Assembly (NCBI RefSeq): GCF_031769215.1
Contig: NW_026781945.1
Location: forward strand, 62,001-126,000
Reading direction: 5' to 3'
Length of the DNA stretch: 64,000 bases
Source of the DNA: Ylistrum balloti
Lineage: Eukaryota
Made by a program: the position numbers and the translations under genes
Shown here: piece by piece, positions 37,150-63,916 of the stretch
How the letters are laid out: each line of letters starts with the position of its first letter
Position numbering within the stretch: position 1 is the first letter of the stretch
The notes under the pieces: model-generated
Database searches by the model: none
What the model saw: the letters and a program-made list of their open reading frames with translations, nothing else
What the model was told of the DNA's origin: nothing

Positions 37150-37920
37150 GTTTTGAACCGTGATATTCACCACCATGCACACAGTACACCAGACTCAGTG
37201 TAACATAGTGATATATTTAGACCTATGAGAGGTGTTTTGAACTGTGATATTAACCACCATGCACACAGTACACCAGACTCAGTGTAACATAGTGATATAT
37301 TTAGACCTATGAGAGGTGTTTTGAACCGTGATATTCACCACCATGCACACAGTACACCAGACTCAGTGTAACATAGTGATATATTTAGACCTATGAGAGG
37401 TGTTTTGAACCGTGATATTCATCACGCATGCACATAGTACACCAGACTCCGTGTAACATAGTGATATATTTAGACCTATGAGAGGTGTTTTGACCAGTTA
37501 TATTCACCATGCATGCACACAGTACACCAGACTCTGTGTAACATAGTGATATATTTAGACCTATAAGAGGTGTTTTGACCAGTTATATTCCCCATGCATG
37601 CACACAGTACACCAGACTCCATGTAACATAGTGATATATTTAGACCTATAAGAGGTGTTTTGACCAGTTATATTCCCCATGCATGCACACAGTACACCAG
37701 ACTCCGTGTAACATAGTGATATATTTAGACCTATAAGAGGTGTTTTGACCAGTTATATTCCCCATGCATGCACACAGTACACCAGACTCAGTGTAACATA
37801 GTGATATATTTAGACCTATAAGAGGTGTTTTGACCAGTTATATTCCCCATGCATGCACACAGTACACCAGACTCAGTGTAACATAGTGATATATTTAGAC
37901 CTATATGAGGTTTTTGACCA
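37150..37920. repeat. 84-85-bp tandem array, ~9 copies
   Basis: Unit ...CATGCACACAGTACACCAGACTCAGTGTAACATAGTGATATATTTAGACCTATGAGAGGTGTTTTGAACC seen directly. Confidence 0.97.
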
Positions 37921-39021
37921 ATCAAGGATTTTAAGTTTTGTTCTTTGTCATCGATTGTGCGTGACAAAATGTCACTATCCTGTCATTTGACGATTTGATT
38001 TGATCACCTTCTCAGGAAATAAAGGGAGAGATCTTTCTAAAATTCATATGCATTCAGTTCTAATTTTGAAAAGAAAAATGGCCTACAGATAGCTATCTTG
38101 GATTACATATGAAAATATATTATTTGAACTTAATGATATTTAAGAAAGATCCGTAAAGTGCTGCTCAAGAAAGAGCAATTACAAGAATAATTCAGATGGA
38201 CAATATATGAAAGATGAAGGACAATTTGAAAAAAAAAATCTATACAAACAAACAAGCAATTATGATATTTCACGGCTTTAATTTGTTTTTCTATCAAAAC
38301 TGTGAATCTTTGTCAACCATACAATTGTGCCATTCATATCCTAACATAGCAACTTACACACTAAATGCATAACTCACAATCATTTACATCCATACCAAGA
38401 ACTCTTCTCAAAGATTTCGTTTTATAACACCTTGTTTGAACATTAGAAAACATCAATCTATGTTGTATATCAGTATTACAATGTAGCACTATGCTGAAAG
38501 ATTTCTAGAAATACTGATGTCAAATAAATCCAAGATGCAACACCGGAACATTTCTATAATCAGTAAGTAGATATTAAATAATGTATAATTCCTAAACATT
38601 ATCAGTATAAGGTTCCTAAATCCTGGTCAACATAACATGATTTCTGTAAGATCTTGTTACATTCTGGGCAACTAATAAAATGATTTTTGCAGTGGATTCA
38701 CAGATACAGGCATTTAACAATAAGCAGTAGTCACTTTACCATCATTCCTGTAGTACTAATACAGTTACATGGTTTATATTATAATGCCTCAACAGTAACT
38801 GATTTTACTCCAAGCACTTTTTGAAATGTTTAAAGTTACATTTGTTCCAACAACCAGTCAAATAAACAGGCATCCCTTATTTCATTAAAACAAGGAATAG
38901 CCGAAATCCATATTTTTGTCAGAGTCTGTACTTAAACTGTAGAGATTATGATAATAGGAAAGTGTCTCTAAATCTGTTGGTCACACCATGTCAAGCAGAT
39001 TACAATCTAGCCAACAGGTCA

Positions 39022-53060
<14,039 letters not shown>

Positions 53061-53934
53061 GTTTGCCGGTATGGAGTTGATATCTCGTTCTAACGTGACT
53101 TCAAATTATTTTTTGGAAAATATCTATACTAAATTTTAAAAAGATGCAATAAATTGTTTTCTTAAATCATAACTTAAGTACCACATATTGATATTAATTT
53201 ATTTGAACGAAGAAAAAAAAAAGAAATTTAACCCGAACGTTTCGATTGGCCGAAATGACTCGCACTGATTATAAACTAGCGAAAAACTTCACGGGATCCG
53301 AGTTCAGTCATATTTTGTTTGTTTGCAAAGATGGAAATATTACATTAATGCACGGCTTAGAATATTACATCTGTGATATAAGTAAGACATTTCAAAGGAC
53401 GACGTATAACCATATCATAAATATACGCTTGACTGAGTATTGGAAAGTTCTTTTAGTATTCTATTTCTTTGTGTGATATCAAGTTCGACATTTTGTGTTC
53501 ATAAGGGACTCGACCATACTTACTGAACTTAATAAAGATTTACAAGACGGGGTCGTCGATGAATGCAGAAGATACATACTCAACTGGAACCTCTGGTCTA
53601 ATTCTATTTAAACTTTTTCTTGGGTGTCCGTTTAACGCCTTTATTTGTTCATATCTTGCCTAAGTTTCATAGAATTTGTATTTTAATTATAAATCAGGTA
53701 ATATTTCATAGTTTTTTTTTTACTTACTAGGATTTGCATGACACTAATGCCCTGAGAAGACATGGTGTTTTTTTGCCAAGTAATTTTCTTGGATCTCCGT
53801 ATTAATCATTCTTTTGTTCATAATTTCGAAAGATTTAGGGATGCAATTTTGGTGAAAATCGACCCGATTTATGGAGTGATCTGACTTATGAGCAAGGATT
53901 TAGGGTTGCGAGTAATTTCAGACATTAATCGTAA

Positions 53935-53966
53935 CAGGGACGTATATGACGTCATATACGTCCCTG
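53935..53966. promoter_or_regulatory. Perfect 32-bp palindrome centred on a CRE (TGACGTCA)
   Basis: CAGGGACGTATATGAC|GTCATATACGTCCCTG is its own reverse complement. Confidence 0.85.
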
Positions 53967-54446
53967 ATCGTAAGAGTAAAATTTAAAAAAAAATGTTATT
54001 TTGCCCATCATGTTTGCCTTCTGACATGCAATAAAATAATGATCGGCGATGTGTATAGGTTTAACTGTATACTTTCGATGTTTATACACGGGTATACATG
54101 GATGACTAACAAAGGCAATAAGTACAGTTGAAAATTAGTGTGTGACACCTACAATCTCAATACTCGGAAAGAGATCGTAGCACATTAAAAAGCCGTGAGG
54201 TATTCCGATTTGGCGTCTTTCATTCCCATGATCCTTTGCGACATAGTTTTGCCAGGAAAGCTCGAAAGTGACAGCTGAGTGCTGGAAACTGCTGTTTACG
54301 CATTCCATCAACAACACGACACTGTCATAAAAATTCGTTTTATTTTAATTGAAATTTGACATATAGCACTATACAAAATGTGTTGCAAAAGGACCCAGTT
54401 TAAATATAGGTGACCTCAAAAACAGCTGATACTAGACAGCGTACTT

Positions 54447-54460
54447 GTTTCCAAGGAAAC
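54447..54460 (+). promoter_or_regulatory. X-box (RFX)-like motif at the presumed KIF17 promoter
   Basis: GTTTCCAAGGAAAC, about 60 nt upstream of a candidate 5' UTR donor GTAAGT at ~54518. Confidence 0.55.
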
Positions 54461-54852
54461 CATATTACGGAAAATCTAGACTTCAGAAAACTTTATTTGT
54501 CCGGTGTGTACTAAAATGTAAGTATTTCATTGTTTGGTGTTTTACTAATTATAGCAAGTCTTAATGCAGTATTTTAACTCGAGATGTATACTAAAAATAG
54601 CCTTTAGTAATTTTGGAAAATGACAAAATAATTGATGAGAATTAATCTGGGAAACAACTTGTATCATGTACTGCTTATTTGTTGTTTCGCCCTCCAAGTT
54701 TATTGATCATTTTTGAATCGATATCTTTGAGGAGACTAACTTTCAGGTACCTGTGATATCTTTCAGTAAACACGCTGTTTTTGATAAATGCACACACTTT
54801 GTTAATGTTAATATTAATAAAAAAAAATAATTTTGATTTTCAGACCGTCAAG

Positions 54853-57800
54853 ATGTCTGATGGGGAATGTGTTAAGGTAATTGTGAGGTGTCGTCCAATG
54901 AACACACGAGAAAAAGAGCTGAAATGTGAATGTGTTCTTAGTATGGATAGCAAACGTGCTCAGTGTACCATAAAAAATCCAAGTGATCCAAAGGCACCTC
55001 CAAAAGTATTCACATTTGATGGATCTTATTTCACAGACTCAGTAACAGAAAATATATATGCAGATATAGCCTACCCACTGGTGGAGGTGAGTATGCTTCA
55101 GTTCTTTATTGTTGTTTTAATTGCTTATACAATTTGCATAAAAAATATTCGTATTAGAAGAAACCTGACATGTTGTGTTATTAGTCTCTTATCAGTGAAA
55201 CCAGAGAGAACTACTATTCCTTATCCCTCTGTCTATCAAAAGTACCACCATGAGGATTCTCTTGTGCCAATTGAGCTGTAATATTATGCTATATTTAACC
55301 TTCAGCTTAAGTGCTAGACACAACTAGCAATTAAGGACAATAAATCTTTTAAAAACCCTGACCTGTGGGTTAAGCTGATATATTTCTTATGGTATTAGAT
55401 TGTGTTAGTGTGGACCACTTATACCCAATATTTGAGACATGCTATGGGTATCAACATTCATGATTTAGTCAGCTGTTATAGTGCGAGAGATGATAAGGGC
55501 CTATGGTTATGTACAGACAGTTTTATTTAATGATTTTCCACAAAAAAATGACTCAAAAAAGAAAGTAATTGTCAGTGGTTAGGTATATTATAGACAGTTA
55601 TATTGCTAATGCATCATGGAATTACATAGGAAAATCTCAGCTGACAGACTAGTTCCCAATAAAACTTGTCTCATCAAAATCCACCTTTCAGGATAAGCTA
55701 TGATTTTTTTGTTGTGCCTTGGTGTCCTTAGACAATACTCCCTATTTCTTAGGAACTACAGAATTGATCATTCTCTTGTTTCATTTGTATATTCTCCAAG
55801 GTTTATAGTTGTGTCACATTCAGTTTTAGGACTGATTGGGGAAAAAAGAAAGGCTGATCTTTTTGGAATTTCCTATTCTTGGCCCCTAATTATGCTTGCA
55901 GTCAGTTTTAGGAATACCTGCCAACTTTTCGAAATTCTCATGAAGGAGAAAAATGTGTGAACAACATTTTTGACTCAACATAATACCTTGTGACATTTTC
56001 CACACAGGAAAAAAAAATTAATGTAAAATAAATCAATATTTTTAGATAAGTTTGAGTTCACAATGTGCTCACCTTTCTATACTGATGATTTTAATTTTTT
56101 TTCTGCATGTCAGGATCAAGTTGGAATTTATCAAATCTGAATTCTCTGTAAAATTAGATTTTTAAGATTTTGAGTATTTATTTAAATCAAACAATGTAAC
56201 AGATATTAAGATTTTGAGTATTTATTTAAATCAAACAATGTAACAGATATTAAGATTTTGAGTATTTATTTAAATCAAACAATGTAACAGATATTAAGAT
56301 TTTGAGTATTTATTTAAATCAAACAATGTAACAGATATTAAGATTTTGAGTATTTATTTAAATCAAACAATGTAACAGATATTAAGATTTTGAGTATTTA
56401 TTTAAATCAAACAATGTAACAGATATTAAGATTTTGAGTATTTATTTAAATCAAACAATGTAACAGATATTAAGATTTTGAGTATTTATTTAAATCAAAC
56501 AATGAAACAGATATTAAGATTTTGAGTATTTATTTAAATCAAACAATGTAACAGATATTAAGATTTTGAGTATTTATTTAAATCAAACAATGTAACAGAT
56601 ATTAAGATTTTGAGTATTTATTTAAATCAAACAATGTAACAGATATTAAGATTTTGAGTATTTATTTAAATCAAACAATGTAACAGATATTAAGATTTTG
56701 AGTATTTATTTAAATCAAACAATGTAACAGATATTAAGATTTTGAGTATTTATTTAAATCAAACAATGTAACAGATATTAAGATTTTGAGTATTTATTTA
56801 AATCAAACAATGTAACAGATATTAAGATTTTGAGTATTTATTTAAATCAAACAATGTAACAGATATTAAGATTTATGATTATCTGTTTGGTTGTTGGTAA
56901 TAATATGTGTTTCCAAATATATGATGTTTCTGAAAGAATTTATTTCATTGAAATAAGGAGAAAATAATATTGATCACCTTGTGAAATTTTAAGCTGTCAT
57001 CTTATCAAAATTTTAGAGAATCAGGCAAAAAGAAAGATGAAATAATTTTTGTTCTCGAAATTCAAAATACTTTAATTTAGATTAAATAGTCCATGATATT
57101 TTAAATCTTGTCCAGAACTGGTCCTTTATTGCAAAAGAAATGTTTCTTTGATCTAATTTTTCTACTCAGGATGCCAACCAAATAGTTTGTAAAGGACTGA
57201 TATGGTTAAATTATCAACATTGTTATATCATAAAGAATGTTATTTGGCCAAATAGGTAGTATATACATGATAATTATCTGTGTAATGACCACATTGTAAC
57301 TGATTATTGGTAAGGGCCTGCTCTTGAGTCCTGACCAATGGTCTATCATTAATTACTAAATTAGGTAGCTGGGAGGACTACAAACATGTGCTCCCATACA
57401 TAGCGGTCAGCAAGGATTAACTTGGGTGACACTAATAAGATATTTGGGATGTGTATTCATCTAGCTAGGCCTTGATTATGTGGCCAGATGGTCAACCTTA
57501 CCTATTTGACAGATATAGGAAGGTTACATATGACTTATCAAGCAAGATCTCTGAAATCCAGAAAATTGCCCTAATTTTGATCCATACAATCGGGAGACTG
57601 GGTTGAGGAGTGAAAATCGGAACACTCACAAATGAATCAAGAAAGTTGGCAGGTATGCTTAGGTCTGATCTGGAATAAAATAGCTATTAGTCCACTATCT
57701 TGGTTTTTGACTGTTGAAATTTTTTATTGCTATTTGCAAACCTGTTAGATCGATTGCTATTTCTTTATATGAATTTGATAAATCTTCTATTAATTTCATA

Positions 57801-60800
57801 TGTATTTAGGTACTCTGTCAAACAAACAGCCTTCCTTGATTACTCCTGTTATAGTTTGTTTGAATGATTTTTGGTAATGGAGTTCTGGATTAAAAAAATC
57901 TGTTAACTGTAACTGAGTGAGATCGGGGTATCTCGGTCAAAGGTTAAGATCCTGTAACATGATCCCAATCGAGGCATTAGTCGAGGTGAGGATGTTACAG
58001 GATCTTAGCCTGAGTACTCCCTTGAGGAGAACACTGAGATTGGTAGCCCAATGTAGCAACTTGTCCCAATGTTGGGTCGTAGCATAAAACTTTTGTCATT
58101 GCAGACAGGAATCCTTATTTTCATCAAATGGGGCAAGTTTTGGACTACGGAACAAAGTCATGGAACAGACTTCCTCAGATTTATTGCTAAGCTTTTCTTG
58201 CAAACCCATAAGCTCCATTTTGGTTATGTTTAGGGGGCTGTTACTGTAAATTCTTGAGAAACTTTTGGTTGGATAATTCTCAAATTTGATATGTATTTTT
58301 TCCTTTGTTCTTTCTTGTGTATAGTTGAATTTTGGCTGGATGAGACCAGAAAGAATATCCAGCTGTTAAGGAAACAATATAATAATTTTATAAGATAATA
58401 TGATGGTGGGCACCAAATCATTTTTGAATCTTGTGACAGCTGTCATGAAGTTTCAAAAGACATTAACAGAAATTCTGACTGTTTTGTAGGGTGTGACAGA
58501 GGGATACAATGGGACGATCTTTGCTTACGGTCAGACAGGATGTGGCAAATCATTCACCATGCAAGGTATCACGAACCCTGCATCACAGCGGGGCATCATT
58601 CCAAGGTTAGCATATCCTCACTGTCTACATTTCTTTGGATTCCAGTTTATAAAGATTTGTGTATTTATCATACAGTTGCAAGTAGCTTTTGTATGGCAGA
58701 TGCTGTACGTTTTTATATCTATAATCAAGGTAGCACAACATGTTAAAACCAAAAAAAAGAAAGAAAAAAAATGAACACCAAACAATGAATGAATAAAAAG
58801 CCATCACTTGCAAGTGGAATTTAGTTAAAAGCTACTGCAGAATCTTATTTCATGTGTTGTTGATCCTTTTATTTATTATTTGCAATTTAAGGAAAGCTAT
58901 GTTGTTACCAGTGCTTCATTTGTTTAATTATCCATGTCAAGATTATGTGAATATTTCTCCTGAAGAATTTTACCTAGCTTGAATTGTTGAAGGATTGTTT
59001 TAATTTGAAATCATAACACTATTTTGATGTCCTGATTTCTTTCAGAGCATTTGACCACATTTTTGAGACGGTGTCTGTGGCAGAAGACACAAAATTTCTC
59101 ATTCATGCATCATATTTGGAAATCTACAATGAAGAAATTAGGGATTTGTTGGGAAAAGATGCCAAAGCAAAGATGGATCTTAAAGAACACCCTGAGAAAG
59201 GAGTTTATGTCAGTGGTATGTTTGCCTATACATGTACCATAGGTGGTTGCAAAAAACAATCTTTTAAGACATCAACCATACTTAAACAATCTTTTGCTTT
59301 TGAGACTGTGATTATGGTAATCCCCACAAGTAAAAAGAATGGGAAGGGACATAAATAGTTATAACTTTTTGATTGTCTGTCAGAACAAAAATATTGAACC
59401 TATTGCAGAGATGTCATGAATTCCTAAATTCCTCAATAGATTTATAATTCACTTTCTCATCTTTATATCCTAAAACCAAGCTCTGTGTATAAAATTTTGG
59501 TTGTATTGGTTGTGGGCAAATGGTCAGATATCACACGTAACCACATTGGGAATCAAAAGTTTGTGTACAAAGTATGGCATGAACACCTGAAATGTAGATG
59601 ATATTTACATCAAGGTATCATGATATCAAGTTCTTCACCTAAAATATTTTGGGGAGCATTTGTCGAGGTACAGGAACAAAGGTCACATTTCACAGCTTTT
59701 GAAAGATGGGAGCATATCTATGGCAACCCAAACTGAGTTTTTATTGACAGAAAAATATAGTTTATTTGCATTACTTTGATAAATCACCTCCAATTGGATC
59801 TTTGAATTCTAGGACTCTCAATGCACCCAGTACACAATGTCACTGAATGTGAACGGATCATGGACAAGGGTTGGAAGAACCGTGCAACAGGTGCCACACT
59901 GATGAATGCAGACTCTTCTCGCAGCCACAGCATCTTTACCATTAACTTAGAGATGATACAGGAAGATGCTGAAGGGGAAGAACATATCCGTGCTGGAAAG
60001 CTCAACCTTGTTGATCTGGCTGGAAGTGAAAGGCAGTCCAAAACAGGTGAATCAGCGTTGGGACATCATGATGTGAAAGTTTTCCAGCTGTCATGTACTA
60101 ATGGCACATAACACTTCAGCTGCCCTTTTGTGAATCCATATTAATTTTCCAGAGGACTTGTAAAAGTACATTTTACATTATTAGCATACTTAAATTGAAG
60201 TTTATGCCAAAAGTTCTTACAGTTGCTTTCTGTAGATAAAGCTGCTTTCTATATACAGAATACATTTTGTTTCAGACATATCCTGTGATGGAAATGAATT
60301 TTAAAATATATATACAGCTAAAGGTATCCTGCACATAATTCTGAAATATTTTTGACACTCAGGTGCTACTGGAGACCGTCTGAAAGAGGCCACGAAGATT
60401 AACTTATCATTGTCTGCCCTTGGAAATGTCATATCAGCACTTGTTGATGCAAAAACCAAACATATACCGTACAGAGATTCCAAGCTTACCCGTCTTCTCC
60501 AGGATTCACTCGGAGGTATCAACATTTTCTCTTTCTTATACTAATTACAGGCAAATGAATTTACCAGAACTTTTTATTTTTTTTTAATACAGACTGCTTT
60601 CGTTTGTTAATATCATCACATTGACAGGATCCAACACTAATTGTACTGTGTCTTTTTTTTTAGTGAGAACTTATTTTGCTGTTTTCTAGGTAATACAAAA
60701 ACACTCATGGTTGCCTGTTTGTCTCCGGCTGACAACAATTATGAGGAGACCATAAGCACATTACGTTATGCCAACCGAGCCAAGAATATTCAGAACAAAC

Positions 60801-63076
60801 CAAAGATTAATGAGGACCCCAAGGATGCCCTACTGAGGGAATACCAGGAAGAGATCACCAAGCTTAAGGCAATGTTGATGGGTCAGCTCCCTATCCCAGA
60901 GGGAGGTTTCCAAGGTAAATATATGGATGGTTGATGGGTCAGCTCCCTATCCCAGAGGGAGGTTTCTAAGGTAAATATATGGATGGTTGATGGGTCAGCC
61001 CCCATATACCAGATTGAGATCTCCAAGGTAAATATATGGATGGTTGATGGGTCAGTTCCCAATGCCAGAGGGAGGTTTCCAAAGTAAATATATGGATGGT
61101 TGATGGGCCAGCTCCCTATCCCAGAGGGAGGTTTCCAAGGTAAATATATGGATGGTTGATGGGCCAGCTCCCTATCCCAGAGGGAGGTTTCCAAGGTAAA
61201 TATATGGATGGTTGATGGGTCAGCTCCCTATCCCAGAGGGAGGTTTCCAAGGTAAATATATGGATGGTTGATGGGTCAGCCCCCATATTCCAGATTGAGG
61301 TCTCCAAGGTAAATATATGGATGGTTGATGGGTCAGCTACCTATCCCAGAGGGAGGTTCCAAGGTAAATATATGGATGGTTGATGGGTCAGCCCCCATAT
61401 CCCAGATTGAGGTCTCCAAGGTAAATATATGGATGGTTGATGGGTCAGCTACCTATCCCAGAGGGAGATCACCAAGCTTAAGGCAATGTTGATGGGTCAG
61501 CTCCTTATCCCAGATTGAGGTTTCCAAGGTAAATATATGGATGGTTGATGGGTCAGCTCCCTATCCCAGAGGGAGGTTTCCAAGGTAAATATATGGATGA
61601 TTGATGGGTCAGCTTCCAATGCCTGAGGGAGGTTTCCAAGGTAAATATATGGATAGTTGATGGGTCAGCTCCCTATCCCAGAGGGAGGTTTCCAAGGTAA
61701 ATATATGGATAGTTGATGGATCATGCACAATATGACCATGAGTCACAAAAGACAACTTGACTTTGCAGATATTGTTTTTATCTGGTTTGGTCATTAATAG
61801 GTAGATAATTACTGGTACCTGTTATTGCAACAATGAACACTGTTGGTTAGAGAGGGAAAAGAAATGTTTGTGTATGCAAGATTGATAAGTCTAGATGATT
61901 TTGTTAGGTAAGTGTGTGATGCAGCATTATGTGTCTGGTGTCAATCAAACAAGTGGTGCACAACATTAGGCAGATTTCTTCTATTGTATTGTAACTGTAA
62001 TTAAAGAGAAAAGTAAGTAATTAAAAGTCAATAAATGATATGAAAATGAATTTTTTATAAAGAGTATACTTACAAGTTTTGGACCTTATATCGTTGGTCA
62101 GACATGTTACCTGAACAATCTGAGGTCAGTTTCTTGGCTCCCGGAGAAGGTTTTGACTGAAATTTTGGGTGCACACATTATGCAAGTCGAAGTATATTTT
62201 CAGTATTTTCAACCCTTAAATGTACATGCACTTATTATATAGGTGTGCACATTCAGCAGTCTTTTGCAGTACTTTTTTAATTATATGAAAATCTGTATAT
62301 TTGTTTCAAGTCAAATTTCCTTGTTATTCAGAATAGGAAGTTGATAGAGTTAAAAGCAGCAGGCTTCTTTTCAAAATTGTTTTAAGTGTAAAAGGTATTT
62401 TAAACATAAAAGGTATTTATCTGTCTGCAAGTATGGATTGATAAACTTCATATCTAGTTATGTTACCTGTGTAATGTTATGTACTTTGTAGGTGCTCCTG
62501 GGGAAGTGGCTAAGGCCGGACATGCACCACCAAGCAATAACACAGAGCAGATTAGGAAGGAACTGGAGGAGGAAAAAGAAAGCATAAGATTGGTTAGTAG
62601 GCAGTGTTACTGTACTTCAAATACATTTAAAATTTATTGTTTTCTCATAGTTTTTTGAAATGCTTAGTTCAGGGTATTCCCTGAAATCTACTTCCAATAA
62701 AACAATAAGCATATTTACAGAAGTTAACACTTCTTTTATCTGATTTGTTCCGTTGCCTCAACTTTCATGAGCGAGTGAAAAAATTCTTATGAAGACAAAG
62801 TCAAATGTCTTTTATTTTCCAATTTAATGGACAAAGTGATCAACATGACAATTAAAAACATGTTGTTGGAAGTCATTCATGAAATTCACATCTCAAGAAT
62901 CATTTGTGTTTGATAGGAATATGATGCCAAGATGCAGGAAATGCAGGAGGAATTTGAGAAAGAAAAAGTTAGCAAAGCCAAGGCAGAACAGAATCTCGTC
63001 AAACTGAGGGAATACTATGATAGTAAACTCTCCTCTGTTGATGGACAACTGAAAGGCTTGCCACCCACTGCTGCAG
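54853..63076 (+). CDS. KIF17: Homodimeric kinesin-2 (KIF17/OSM-3-like); motor domain and start of stalk, continues beyond window end
   Basis: Exons 54853-55086, 58490-58605, 59046-59215, 59813-60046, 60363-60515, 60690-60914, 62492-62592, 62917-63076. P-loop GQTGCGKS, switch I SSRSHS, switch II DLAGSE, plus KIF17-like [23 protein letters not shown] and [16 protein letters not shown]. Confidence 0.93.
56163..56873. repeat. 44-bp AT-rich minisatellite, ~16 near-identical copies, in a KIF17 intron
   Basis: Unit TAAGATTTTGAGTATTTATTTAAATCAAACAATGTAACAGATAT seen directly. Confidence 0.98.
58045..58440 (-). mobile_element. Decayed Gypsy-like gag fragment
   Basis: Translation [30 protein letters not shown] resembles recalled gag PKLPPFDExKD...FERYATAQxW; upstream TTTGGTGCCC is PBS-like. 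Confidence 0.45.
60875..61720 (+). repeat. 56-bp tandem array made of the KIF17 exon end plus its 5' splice site
   Basis: Unit TTGATGGGTCAGCTCCCTATCCCAGAGGGAGGTTTCCAAG|GTAAATATATGGATGG; the first copy is the real exon/intron junction at 60914/60915. Confidence 0.97.
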
Positions 63077-63895
63077 GTTGGTTACTATGGTAACATATTA
63101 ACATAATATATAAAGTAGTTCAACAGAAGAGTTTCTTCATAATAGGCTAGAGATTGGCTTTTAAACCTCAGTACTCCACATTTGAATGTTCTTGTCAAGA
63201 TTTTTTCATCAAAAACTTTTATCAGTTTCTGATTTCAAAACCAAGTTTACTGGATTTGCTAAATTGTTGAAAATTCTTTACATGAAACACAAAAAGATAA
63301 TCAGTCTGGAGCCCACCATGAAAAACTAAACAGTTCTTGAAGTTCACTGCATAATTGTAAAGGTTTCTGTTTTGTTGTAATATATAGGTTTGACTTAACT
63401 GTGTTTCTATGAATGAAGACATTGTGCATAAAAAATTGACCCTATTTTCATCAGTGGTTTGTCACACACGTCTCATAGCGTGGCATCATAGTTATAAATA
63501 AGAATTAAAGAATAAAAATTCATTTTCATACACTAACAATATCTATTATTTAAATAAACAATTATAAGAAGGAATATAAAACAAAAAATGTAATGTGAAA
63601 CACATGGAATTGCAGCAAACATACACGTAACACAAAATTGATACCTAAAGTAGTACACATATTGTACTCACATTTATATCCTTAGGAGTAACAAGTCCTA
63701 ACAACAATATTTTGAAATAAAAACCTCTAAATGTGAACTCATGAACTTTGTGTATTGATATAACTGTAAACTAAAATAAAACAAAACTTGCACTTTTCAT
63801 ATGTACATTTCTATCCAGTCAACATAGTTGGTTTCCGGCAGCCATGTGCAAAAAATGTAAACAAAACATAGTAGATTTAGGGTTAACAGGAAAAA

Positions 63896-63916
63896 GGGGT
63901 GGGGTGGGGTGGGGGG
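63896..63916 (+). other. Potential G-quadruplex in a KIF17 intron
   Basis: GGGGTGGGGTGGGGTGGGGGG: four runs of at least 4 G with 1-nt loops. Confidence 0.65.

Noticed and set aside
37150-37920. CRISPR-like appearance of this and the other regular arrays
   Set aside because: Units are contiguous with no unique spacers, there are no cas genes, and the context is eukaryotic.
53256-53266. ATGACTCGCAC as an ARE/PACE proteasome element upstream of PSMD2
   Set aside because: Does not fit RTGAYnnnGC spacing (off by one base).
58523-58546. P-loop GQTGCGKS (Cys instead of Ser) as a sign of an inactive kinesin
   Set aside because: This position is variable in GxxxxGK(S/T), and switch I and II are intact.
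60883-61794. Minus-strand ORFs ([28 protein letters not shown] repeats)
   Set aside because: They are antisense readings of the 56-bp KIF17 splice-donor array.
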